Shown here: in pieces, positions 21,536 through 30,364 of the stretch
How positions within the stretch are numbered: position 1 is the first letter of the stretch
Layout of the letters: each line of letters begins with the position of its first letter
Assembly: GCA_038213805.1 (NCBI GenBank)
Contig: JBBQSO010000012.1
Location: 21,746-85,745 of the forward strand
DNA length: 64,000 bases
From: Planctomycetota bacterium
GTDB taxonomy: Bacteria; Planctomycetota; UBA11346
Direction: 5' to 3'
Program-made: the position numbers and the translations under genes
The notes under the pieces: generated by a model
Told to the model about the DNA's origin: nothing
The model's input: only the letters and a program-made list of their open reading frames with translations
Database searches by the model: none

Positions 21536-21599
21536 GCGCGGGGCGCGAGACTCCATCCACCCATTGCCCTCCCCCGGCCCGTCCCCACCATCAGGACCA

Positions 21600-23051
21600 A
21601 TGGACCTCCTCGATCGCCGCATACGTGCATTGGGCCGGCGGCGCCGCGCGATCCGTGCGGTGCGGGCGTGGTTTCCCGCGCTGGCGCTCGGGTTGGGAGT
21701 GGCGGCGACCGCGGTGATGGTGGTACGGGTGGCGGTGCCGGCGGGCGGCGGCTGGGTACTGCCGCTGGCGGTCGGTGGGCTGGTGGCGCCGCTGGTGGTG
21801 GTGCCGCGCGCGCTGCGCCGGCGCGATGCCCGCGCCCAGCTCGCAGGGGAACTGGATCTGCGCGCCGGCACGCATGGGCTGCTCATGGCCCTGGCCGAGC
21901 AGCCCAGCGGCGCCCGCGCGCCCGACTGGTCGCAGCGTTTGGAGGGATCGTTGCGCACCAGCGTGCTGCCCGCCCTGCCGTGGCGCCTCGGCCAGGCGCC
22001 GCTGATCGCGGCGGCGCTGCTCGCCGCCGCCTGCTGCCTGCCGCAGACGGTCGTGCCGGTGGGCTTGCCGCCGGCGGTGCAGACCTGGTTCCACGCCGCG
22101 GCCGAGCGCCTCGGCGATCTCGATCAGGCCGGCCTGATCCCGCCCGCCGCCGTGCCGGAACTCCAGCAGCGTCTCGCCGAACTCGCCGCCCACGCCCACG
22201 AGCACGGCATGGACCAGCCGACCTGGGAGGGCCTCGACCGCGTACGTGCCGACCTTGATCAGGCGACCGCGGTGTCGGCGCAGCGACTTGCCCAGGCGAT
22301 GGCGGTGGCGGAACTGCAGGCGCGCCCGTCCGCCGCTGGCGCGCCCGGCGGCGCCGATGCCACCCACCTCGCGCAGGCGCTCGCCCAACTTGCCGCCCAG
22401 GCTCCGGGGCTGGTGCCGAAACTTGCGCCCGGCGCCGGCGCCGAGGAACTCCAGGCCGCGCTCGCCGACGCGCTCAAGGCTGGCGCGCTCAGTCCCGAGC
22501 AGGCTGCGGCGCTGCGCCAGCTCGGGCTGGCCGGCGCTCCGGGGAAAACCGTGGCCCTGGATGGCGCCGCTGCGCAGCGACTGGCCGCGCGCATCGCCAA
22601 GGAACTGGCCAAGGGGCGCAGCAAGCTCGGCGGGGCCGGCGAGGACCTCGACCAGGAGCTCGACCGCCTGCAGTCTGAAGGCCGCAGCGAGAACGGTGGC
22701 GTGGACAAGGGACCCGGCCACCCGCCGCTGACCTGGGACGATCCCCGCCGCACCGCCGGCGGCGGCGTGCAGAGCCTGCCCGCCGGCATGCAGGTCAATC
22801 CCGACGGCTCGGTGACGGTCGCCGAGCAGGTGCGCGACGCCGAGGTCGATGCCCAGGCCCTGCAGGCGGCGGCACGCGCCGCCGCGCACGCCTTCGATCC
22901 GACCGCCGCCGAAGCACGGCGCGCCGGCGTCTCGGCGCGCCACCGCGCTGCCGTCGCCGACTATTTCAAGGCATCCGCGCTGCCTGCGCCTGCTGCGCCG
23001 ACCGCGCGCCCGTCTCCCCCATCCACCCCACCGGCCCCAGCCATCCCATGA
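21600..23051 (+). CDS. Hypothetical membrane protein with long helical region
   Basis: Three N-terminal hydrophobic segments, Ala/Leu/Gln helical body, C-terminal RHRAAVADYF; stop overlaps the next start. Confidence 0.7.
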   Translation: MDLLDRRIRALGRRRRAIRAVRAWFPALALGLGVAATAVMVVRVAVPAGGGWVLPLAVGGLVAPLVVVPRALRRRDARAQLAGELDLRAGTHGLLMALAEQPSGARAPDWSQRLEGSLRTSVLPALPWRLGQAPLIAAALLAAACCLPQTVVPVGLPPAVQTWFHAAAERLGDLDQAGLIPPAAVPELQQRLAELAAHAHEHGMDQPTWEGLDRVRADLDQATAVSAQRLAQAMAVAELQARPSAAGAPGGADATHLAQALAQLAAQAPGLVPKLAPGAGAEELQAALADALKAGALSPEQAAALRQLGLAGAPGKTVALDGAAAQRLAARIAKELAKGRSKLGGAGEDLDQELDRLQSEGRSENGGVDKGPGHPPLTWDDPRRTAGGGVQSLPAGMQVNPDGSVTVAEQVRDAEVDAQALQAAARAAAHAFDPTAAEARRAGVSARHRAAVADYFKASALPAPAAPTARPSPPSTPPAPAIP

Positions 23052-24166
23052 CCAAGATCGCCATCCTCTCCGTATCCGCCGGCGCCGGCCACCTGCGCGC
23101 CGCCGAAGCGCTCAAGACCGCGATCGAGGCGCGCCTGCCCGGCGCCACCGCCACCCACCTCGATGTCATGGAGTTGGTGCCCAAGCTGTTCCGCAAGATC
23201 TACGCGGACAGTTACCTCAAGGTCGTGGACCGCCACCCGGCGCTGTGGGGTTACCTCTACCACACCGCCGACCGCGCCAAGCCCGACGGCACGCTGACGC
23301 GCCTGCGCCAGGCGGTGGAGCGGCTCAATACCCGCGCCTTCGCCAGCCGGCTCGCGGAACTCGCGCCCGACTACGTGATCTGCACGCACTTCCTGCCCGC
23401 GCAGCTGCTCTCACGCATGATCGGCAAGGGCACCTTCACCAAGCCGGTGTGGGTGGTGGTCACCGATTTCGACATCCACACCCTGTGGGTGCACCCGCAC
23501 CTCACCGGGTATTGCGCCGCCGCCGAGGAGATCTCGTGGCGCATGCGCGACCGCGGTCTGCGCGATTCGCGCATCGCCGTCACCGGCATCCCGATCATGC
23601 CGGCGTTCAGCACCTCGCCCGACCGCGCCACCTGCGCCGCCGAGCTCGGCATCGATCCGCGCCGCACCACCCTGCTGATGATGTCGGGTGGTTTCGGCGT
23701 CGGCGCCATCGACCAGCTCGCGGAGCGCCTGCTCGGCATTCCCGGAGATTTCCAAATCGTCGCGCTGGCCGGGCGCAACGCCGAGCTGCTTGAAAAACTG
23801 CGCGCGGTCGGCGCGCGCTTCCCGGGCCGCCTGCACGCGCAAGGCTTCACCCGCACCATCGAGCGCGTCATGGCCTGCGCCGACCTGGCGATCACCAAGC
23901 CCGGTGGCCTGACCAGTTCCGAATGCCTGGCGGTCGGACTGCCCATGGTGGTGGTCTCGCCCATTCCCGGGCAGGAGGAGCGCAACAGCGATTACCTGCT
24001 CGAGAACGGCGCCGCGCTCAAGGCGCACGACGCCGCCGGCCTGGAATACCGCGTGCGCATGCTGCTCGCGGATCCCAAGCGTCTGGCCGCGATGCGCGCC
24101 AACGCCAAACGCATTGGCACCCCCCAGGCCGCCAACAGCGTGCTCGACGCCGTGCTGGGCGCATGA
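23048..24166 (+). CDS. MGDG synthase/UgtP-like diacylglycerol glycosyltransferase (GT28)
   Basis: SAGAGHLRAA, ICTHFLP, VVTDFDIH, TGIPI, ITKPGGLTSSE, PIPGQEERN. Confidence 0.9.
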   Translation: MTKIAILSVSAGAGHLRAAEALKTAIEARLPGATATHLDVMELVPKLFRKIYADSYLKVVDRHPALWGYLYHTADRAKPDGTLTRLRQAVERLNTRAFASRLAELAPDYVICTHFLPAQLLSRMIGKGTFTKPVWVVVTDFDIHTLWVHPHLTGYCAAAEEISWRMRDRGLRDSRIAVTGIPIMPAFSTSPDRATCAAELGIDPRRTTLLMMSGGFGVGAIDQLAERLLGIPGDFQIVALAGRNAELLEKLRAVGARFPGRLHAQGFTRTIERVMACADLAITKPGGLTSSECLAVGLPMVVVSPIPGQEERNSDYLLENGAALKAHDAAGLEYRVRMLLADPKRLAAMRANAKRIGTPQAANSVLDAVLGA

Positions 24167-24705
24167 CGGCTCACACCGCCGCGGCCCCGCTGAAAGCGCC
24201 CGTGCACGCCGCCCTGCTGATCGCCGCGGTCACCGTCGTCGCCTACCTGTTCGCCAACGTCGAGATCCAGATCGAGGGCGCCGCGGGCTGGGCCGCGGGG
24301 CTGCCGGTGTCCTTCCGCATCGACCACCATTGGGCGCTCGACTGGTTCTGGGGCGGCCGCCCGATGACCGGCTACCACGCCTGGGTGTTCAGCTTCATGG
24401 CGCTGGTCTTCCACCTGCCGTTCGCGCTGTTCGGCCGCTGGTCGCTGCGCCTTGAGGCGCGCGTGCTCGGCAGCGTCATGCTGTTCTGGATCATCGAAGA
24501 CGCGCTGTGGTTCGTGTGCAATCCCGCCTTCGGCTGGTCAGCGCTGCGCCCTGGGGCGCCCGGCGAGCCGGGCTGCGCGTGGTGGCACATCCACTGGTTC
24601 CTGGGCGTGCCCACGGATTATTGGACGTTCACCGTGGTGGGTGGGCTGGTGTTGTGGTGGTCGTTCCGGGCGCCGAAGGTGGATGACGCGACGCTGGGCG
24701 CGTAA
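24163..24705 (+). CDS. Hypothetical multi-TM membrane protein
   Basis: ATGA-coupled to the glycosyltransferase; EIQIEGAAGWAAGLP, MTGYH, IIEDALWFVCNP look like conserved family motifs. Confidence 0.75.
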   Translation: MTAHTAAAPLKAPVHAALLIAAVTVVAYLFANVEIQIEGAAGWAAGLPVSFRIDHHWALDWFWGGRPMTGYHAWVFSFMALVFHLPFALFGRWSLRLEARVLGSVMLFWIIEDALWFVCNPAFGWSALRPGAPGEPGCAWWHIHWFLGVPTDYWTFTVVGGLVLWWSFRAPKVDDATLGA

Positions 24706-24787
24706 GACGAGACCATCGCACGCCGACCGCGCGCTGGAATTGAAGAGACGAGGTTCGCGTGGTGAGCTGCGAGGAAGGCATGTCGTT

Positions 24788-24838
24788 CTCGTAGCTCGTA
24801 GCTCGTAGCTCGTAGCTCGTAGCTCGTAGCTCGTAGCT
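24788..24838. repeat. Perfect heptamer tandem repeat (CTCGTAG)x7
   Basis: Counted directly; a complementary GAGCTGCGAG lies about 15 nt upstream. Confidence 0.95.
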
Positions 24839-24990
24839 GGCGCGTAGCGAGAGACAGAACGCGTGATGCTGCCTGCATCCAGGACTTCCGGTTCGGGGTT
24901 TCCGCGCGCGGCCGTCTCATCATGCTCAGCGGCATGCCCCTCCCGATCTCGCCTGACAGCAGACCCGCCCTCCGCATCGCGCCGCATCGG

Positions 24991-27900
24991 ATGCTGCGCG
25001 TCCTGGCCTTTCTGGCCTTGGCCGCCTATGCGCGCACCGCCGAGCCGGCCTGGGCGCCGGAGGAGTTCGAGGCCATCTCCGGTCCGGCCTCACCGCGCGT
25101 GGCGGTGGCGGTGCGATCCGAGGGTGGTCAGTTGCGCGTGGCGGTGGAGGTGGCGAGCTTCGCTGCCGACGGATCCGGAGTCCGCATCCAGCTCGGCCTC
25201 GCCGCGGACGCCACCGTCATCCTCGACGAGCGTGCGGCCCAGGTGGTGCGTGGCGCGAGTCTGACGACCTGCACCTTCGCCACGCCGCTCGCGCCGCTCG
25301 GCGATCTGCGTCGGCTGCGCCTCGGCCTGGCGATAGCGTGGGAGGGCGGACCCGCTGGCGCTGACCGCCAGCGCGAGCGCCTGCGCCACCGCTCCGGCGC
25401 TGCCCATGCCGGCCTCGCCGCCGATCCGCGCGAGTGGCTGCCCTTCGATCTCACGGAGTACGCGCTCGCCGTCGCCGACCGCCGCAACCGCCTCGAGATC
25501 ACCTTCACCCAGCCAGAGGGCGGCAAGGCGACGGTAGTGATCGAGGATGCCGTCAGCGGCCGGCGACTGCGCAATCTGGTCGGCGGGCAGCCATTCGCGG
25601 CCGGCGCGCAGCGCCTGGCCTGGGACGGGCTCGACGACCATGGCGCGGTGGTGCCGCCCGGCACCTACCGCTGGCGCTCTCTGCACCACCCGGGGATCGT
25701 GCCGGAGTACGCGATGAGCTTCGCCAACGGCGACGACACGCTCGCGCAGCTCTCCGGCTGGGGACCCAACCACACCGTCCTCAACGCGGCGACCGCGAGC
25801 GGCGCGTGGACAGTGGTGTCCGCGCCGATGACCGAGGGCGGTGACGCCATCCTCGTGCTCGACGCGCAGGGCCACAAGGTGCGCGGCATGAACGTGCCGC
25901 TCGGCATGGGCATCGCCCGCACCGCTTCGGCGATCTCCGGCGACACGCTGTACGTCGCCAATGACGGTCCGGCCTTCCTCGACCACATCGACGAGCGCGA
26001 TGCGCACGCGGTGGCGCACCTCAAGATCACCCTGGCGCGCTTCGACCTGGCGCAGGGCCGGCTGCTGGAATGGAAGCCGGGTGGCAGCTTCATCGCAGTC
26101 GCCGAGGCGGAGACCCACCCGGCGGAAGACTCCGCGTGGCGCTCAGCGGGTCTGGTTGGTCTGGCCGCGCTCGGCGACCGCCTCTACCTCGCTGACCGGC
26201 GCGGCGGCCGTTTGCTGGTCCTGGATGCGGCGACCGGGGCGCAGAGCGGCGTATTCGCGCTGCCCGCGCTGGCCGGGCTCACGTCCGCCCAGGGCCGGCT
26301 GTACGCGCTGGCCGCGGGCGCGGTGGTTACCATCGATGTGCAGAGCGGCGTCACCACCACCGTGGTGCCGGCGGCGCCGTCGCGCGATCCGGTGGCGCTC
26401 GCCGTCGATGCCGGCGGGCGCATCTACGTCAGCGACGCCGCCAGCCACACCGTGCTGATGTTCGACGCCCGCGGGCAGCCGCTGGGCGCGCTCGGCCGCC
26501 CAGGCGGGCCCTACACCGGCGCCTTCGACCGCGAGCGCATGGTCAACCCGCGCGGGCTCGCGGTGGCCGCCACCGGTTGGCTGTGGGTGACGGAGGAGCG
26601 CGCCGCGCCCAAGCGCATCGTCGCCTGGGACACCGCCACGCGCCGGGTGGTGTGCGAGAAGTTCGGCTCGCCGCCCTACGGCGGCACCGGCGCGGGCGTC
26701 GACCCCGTCGATCCCACGCGCTGGATCGGCCTTGGCGCGCAGTGGCGGATCGACCTCGCCACCCGTACCGCGCAGCCCATCGCCATCGTCGGGCCGGACC
26801 ACCACGAATTCCATTACTCCTACGTACGCGATCACGGCGTCACCTATCTGATCGGCTACGGCCAGGCGACCACCATCGCGCGCGTGAACGGCGACGGCTC
26901 GGCGACGCCGGTGGCGCTGATCGCCTCGGCGCACCGCTTCAGCTTCGCCTGCGACTGGCAACCGCCGGCGGCCTTCGTCACCGCCTTCGCCGCCGCCTAT
27001 CCGGGACGCGCCGGCAAGCACGCCGACAAGGGCCCGGGTTTCGTGTGGAGCGACGCCAACGGCGACGGCGTGATGCAGCCCGGCGAGTTCGACTTCGCGA
27101 CCAGCGCCGAGAGCTTCGCCGGCGCCTACTTCGGCCACGACCAGCATGACCTCACCCTGCGCGTGCCGGTCACCGTCGGCGGGCGCCGCGTGGTGGTCGC
27201 GCTCGCCCCCAGCGGCTTCACCGCCGGCGACGCGCCGCGCTACCCGTCCCTGGCCGCGGCCTGCAGTGCGGGCGTGCCGATCGACCTCCCGGGCAACGAG
27301 GTTGAGACCACCGTCGACCGCTTCGGCGATCTGATCTGCAACGCCGAACCGGAGCTCAAGGCTTTCGCGCCCGATGGCCGGCTGCTGTGGACCCATCCCA
27401 ACCGCTGGGTTGGCGTGCACGGCTCGCACGACGCGCCGTTGCCCGAGACCGGCGTGATGCAGGGGGCGCTTGGCTTCATGGGCACCGCGCCGCTGGATGC
27501 GACCAGCGACGTGTTCGTGATGAACGGCAACCACGGGCGCTACTTCATGCTCACCAGCGACGGGCTCTATGTCGACGAGTTCTTCAAGGACGTGCGCATG
27601 GGCGCGCACCTCGACACCACGCTGGTCGGGGGCGAGGCCTTTGGCGGCTGCTTTGCGCGGGGTGAGCGCGATGGGGTCTATTACCTGCAGGTGGGCGGCT
27701 ACCGCGTCTACCGCATGCGCGGTCTCGACCGCCTGCAGCGCGGCCAGGGTGCCATCACCGTCAGCCCGGCGCAGGCGATCGCCGCCGAACGCGCCATGGC
27801 CGCGCACGGCGCGATCGCCGCCAAGCCGCACGCGGCCATCATTCCGCTTGTCGCCCAGGCCCCAGCCCTGCCGGGCGAGGACCACGAGTGGCCCGCGCCG

Positions 27901-28521
27901 GCCGCGGCCTGGGACCGTTCCGGGCGTTTCCCGGTGCGCGTGCGCGCCGCGCACGACGGGCGCATGCTGTATCTGCGCTGGGAGGTCGCCGACGATAGCC
28001 CCTGGGTCAATCGTGGCGGCGATTGGACGCTGCTGTTCAAGAGCGGCGATTCCGTCGACCTGCAGCTCGGCACCGATGCCGCCGCCAATCCCGCGCGCAG
28101 CGGGCCGGTGCCGGGCGACCTGCGCCTGCTCATTGCGCCCTTCCAGGGCAAGGACATCGCCGTGCTCTACCGCCACCGCCTGCCCGGCGCGACTGAACCG
28201 GTGACCTTCACCAGTCCGTGGCGTGCCGAGCGCGTGGACGAGGTGCGCCGGCTCGACAGCGCGCGCATCGCCGTCACCGTCCAGGGCGGTGGCTACCGGG
28301 TGTCCGTTGCGATCCCGCTCGCCGATCTCGGCCTCGATGCGGTTGCCGGGCGCACCGTCAAAGCCGACTTCGGGGTGATCTACGGCGATCCGGAAGGGCG
28401 CATCGACATGCTGCGCTCGTACTGGGCGAATCCATCCACCGGCCTCGTCAACGATGTGCCGGGCGAAATCATGCTGACGCCTGCCGCATGGGGTACGGCG
28501 ACTTTCGCGAGTGCACCATGA
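24991..28521 (+). CDS. Large secreted protein: FlgD-like Ig domain, beta-propeller/NHL repeats, C-terminal CBM9/DOMON-like domain
   Basis: Signal peptide; RLRNLV...WDGLDDHGAVVPPGTYRW (FlgD Ig); PVALAVDAGGRIYVSD and NPRGLAV (NHL); AHDGRMLYLRWEVADDSP...GDSVDLQL...VAIPLADLG (CBM9-like). Confidence 0.8.
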   Translation: MLRVLAFLALAAYARTAEPAWAPEEFEAISGPASPRVAVAVRSEGGQLRVAVEVASFAADGSGVRIQLGLAADATVILDERAAQVVRGASLTTCTFATPLAPLGDLRRLRLGLAIAWEGGPAGADRQRERLRHRSGAAHAGLAADPREWLPFDLTEYALAVADRRNRLEITFTQPEGGKATVVIEDAVSGRRLRNLVGGQPFAAGAQRLAWDGLDDHGAVVPPGTYRWRSLHHPGIVPEYAMSFANGDDTLAQLSGWGPNHTVLNAATASGAWTVVSAPMTEGGDAILVLDAQGHKVRGMNVPLGMGIARTASAISGDTLYVANDGPAFLDHIDERDAHAVAHLKITLARFDLAQGRLLEWKPGGSFIAVAEAETHPAEDSAWRSAGLVGLAALGDRLYLADRRGGRLLVLDAATGAQSGVFALPALAGLTSAQGRLYALAAGAVVTIDVQSGVTTTVVPAAPSRDPVALAVDAGGRIYVSDAASHTVLMFDARGQPLGALGRPGGPYTGAFDRERMVNPRGLAVAATGWLWVTEERAAPKRIVAWDTATRRVVCEKFGSPPYGGTGAGVDPVDPTRWIGLGAQWRIDLATRTAQPIAIVGPDHHEFHYSYVRDHGVTYLIGYGQATTIARVNGDGSATPVALIASAHRFSFACDWQPPAAFVTAFAAAYPGRAGKHADKGPGFVWSDANGDGVMQPGEFDFATSAESFAGAYFGHDQHDLTLRVPVTVGGRRVVVALAPSGFTAGDAPRYPSLAAACSAGVPIDLPGNEVETTVDRFGDLICNAEPELKAFAPDGRLLWTHPNRWVGVHGSHDAPLPETGVMQGALGFMGTAPLDATSDVFVMNGNHGRYFMLTSDGLYVDEFFKDVRMGAHLDTTLVGGEAFGGCFARGERDGVYYLQVGGYRVYRMRGLDRLQRGQGAITVSPAQAIAAERAMAAHGAIAAKPHAAIIPLVAQAPALPGEDHEWPAPAAAWDRSGRFPVRVRAAHDGRMLYLRWEVADDSPWVNRGGDWTLLFKSGDSVDLQLGTDAAANPARSGPVPGDLRLLIAPFQGKDIAVLYRHRLPGATEPVTFTSPWRAERVDEVRRLDSARIAVTVQGGGYRVSVAIPLADLGLDAVAGRTVKADFGVIYGDPEGRIDMLRSYWANPSTGLVNDVPGEIMLTPAAWGTATFASAP

Positions 28522-30230
28522 GCGCCGCACGACTGCTGCTACGCCTGGCGCTGCTCGCCCTGCCGCTGGCGGCGGCCAGGGCAGAAACACTGGTCTGCGC
28601 CGGCGTGCTCGGTAATTCCGGCGAGCAAGGTCGCGACCTGGCGCGCTGCGCAGCGGCGCCGGCGCGCGGCCTGGGAGTGGTCTGCGACCGCTTCGGCACA
28701 TTGTGGGACCGCGCCGGTTCCGGCGTGCTCGCCCGCTACGCCGTCGATGGACGCATGCTCGCCCAGTATCGCATCCCCGCCGAGAACGATCGCCGCGACC
28801 AGCTCGCCCTGGTTGGCGACACCCTGGTGCTGCTCATCAATGGTCGCCTGCACACCCTGGCGATCACCGCGCTGCCGGACAGCGCGGCCACGCCGATGAC
28901 GATCGAGGCGACCTGCCTGTCGCCTTCCGCGTGGCACGGCACGGTCGCCATCGCCACCAAGCAGGGCCTCGCCACCTGGGCGGTCGCTGAAGAGGCGGCA
29001 CCGCGCCCGGTCGCCGCGCTGGCCGGAATCGAGGCGGTCGAGATCGGCGCGGACGGCGCGCTCTACGCCATGGTCGAGTGGCAGGTGCACAAGTTCGTGG
29101 CCGGCGCCGAGATCAGCGATGGCTGGCCGCGCGCCGCGCCCGGCGAGCGGCCGCAGCTCCTCGACGGCTGGTGGTATGGCCACGCCTGGAACAGCACCAT
29201 CAAGCGCTGCGACGCCGACCTCGCACCGCAGCCGGGCGTGGTGCTGGGCGGCGCCTCGGGTTCGTTCATCGGCCACCTCGACCAGAGCGCCGACCTGGTC
29301 AACGGTCGCGGTCTAGCGCGGCTGGATCGCGACCTGTTCGCGGTCTCGGGCTTCACCGGCACGCTGCAGCTGCTGGCCTGGAACGAAAATGCGCGGCAGT
29401 TCGCCGTGGTGCGGCGCATCGCCGCGCTGCCGCGCTGTCCGGCGCTGGGACTCGACCGCGCCGGGGACGTCTGGCAGTGGAACGGCGCCTGGCGCTGGGA
29501 CGACCGGCCCGACGCGCCGCTGCGCGACGGCGTCACGCCACCGGAGGAGCTCGGCCAAGCGGTGATGCTGGATGACGACGTGATGGTCGCGCCCGGCGTG
29601 ATGTGGGGCAAGCCGACGCTGATGCACGGCCGCCTCGATGGCGAGGTCGCGGTCGAGCGCATCGAGGAACATTGCACGCTGCGCCGCAATCTGGTCGGCA
29701 GCGCCACTTACCGCGATGGCGATCACCTGGTGCTGCTGACCATCGACGCTGCTGGCGCCGGCCACGCCTTCGCCATCGATCCGGTGGGCCATTTCCGCGG
29801 CGATCTCGGGGCGGTCGAACTCGCCACCGCGACGCCGGTGGTGGCGTGGACCGCGTTGGCCATGGCTGGCGCCGATGCGCTGCTCGCCACGGGCGACGGC
29901 TGTGTGCTGGAGTTCGCGCGCGCTGGCGGAGGCTGGCACGAAACGCGACGCTGGCGTTCCTGGGGCGCCGGTGAGACGGAGCACTTCGGCGCGGTGATCC
30001 ACATCAGTAGCGATGCGCACACCCTGGCCGTCTCCGACCGCGACCGCCACCGCGTGCTCTGCTTCGCTACCGGCGGTGGCAGCCCGCGTGCGACCTTCGG
30101 CCGCTGCGACGAGGCTGGCGCCGACCTCGCCACGCTGAGCGCGCCGACCACCGTCGCGGTGCGTGGCGAGCGCGTCGTGGTCTTCGATGCCGGCAACCAG
30201 CGCTTGGTGAAGCTGCTCAGCGCGCCGTGA
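28518..30230 (+). CDS. Secreted beta-propeller-like hypothetical protein
   Basis: ATGA-coupled to the previous gene; signal peptide; C-terminal NHL-like LAVSDRDRHRVL and VVVFDAGNQRLVKL. Confidence 0.75.
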   Translation: MSAARLLLRLALLALPLAAARAETLVCAGVLGNSGEQGRDLARCAAAPARGLGVVCDRFGTLWDRAGSGVLARYAVDGRMLAQYRIPAENDRRDQLALVGDTLVLLINGRLHTLAITALPDSAATPMTIEATCLSPSAWHGTVAIATKQGLATWAVAEEAAPRPVAALAGIEAVEIGADGALYAMVEWQVHKFVAGAEISDGWPRAAPGERPQLLDGWWYGHAWNSTIKRCDADLAPQPGVVLGGASGSFIGHLDQSADLVNGRGLARLDRDLFAVSGFTGTLQLLAWNENARQFAVVRRIAALPRCPALGLDRAGDVWQWNGAWRWDDRPDAPLRDGVTPPEELGQAVMLDDDVMVAPGVMWGKPTLMHGRLDGEVAVERIEEHCTLRRNLVGSATYRDGDHLVLLTIDAAGAGHAFAIDPVGHFRGDLGAVELATATPVVAWTALAMAGADALLATGDGCVLEFARAGGGWHETRRWRSWGAGETEHFGAVIHISSDAHTLAVSDRDRHRVLCFATGGGSPRATFGRCDEAGADLATLSAPTTVAVRGERVVVFDAGNQRLVKLLSAP

Positions 30231-30248
30231 GCCACGAGTTTCGCATCA

Positions 30249-30294
30249 CGAGCTGCGAGTGACGGCATTCGCGTCTCGCGTCTCGTAGCTCGCG
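30249..30294. repeat. CTCGTAG-family inverted repeat upstream of polB
   Basis: CGAGCTGCGAG ... CTCGCGTCTCGTAGCTCGCG. Confidence 0.7.
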
Positions 30295-30364
30295 ACCCGT
30301 CGCACCCGGACGGGGAAGGCCATGGCTTCCCGTCGCTCCCCGCTATGGTCGCGCCCCACGCGCG

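Noticed and set aside
24788..24838. Tandem repeats as a CRISPR array
   Set aside because: 7-nt units with no spacers.
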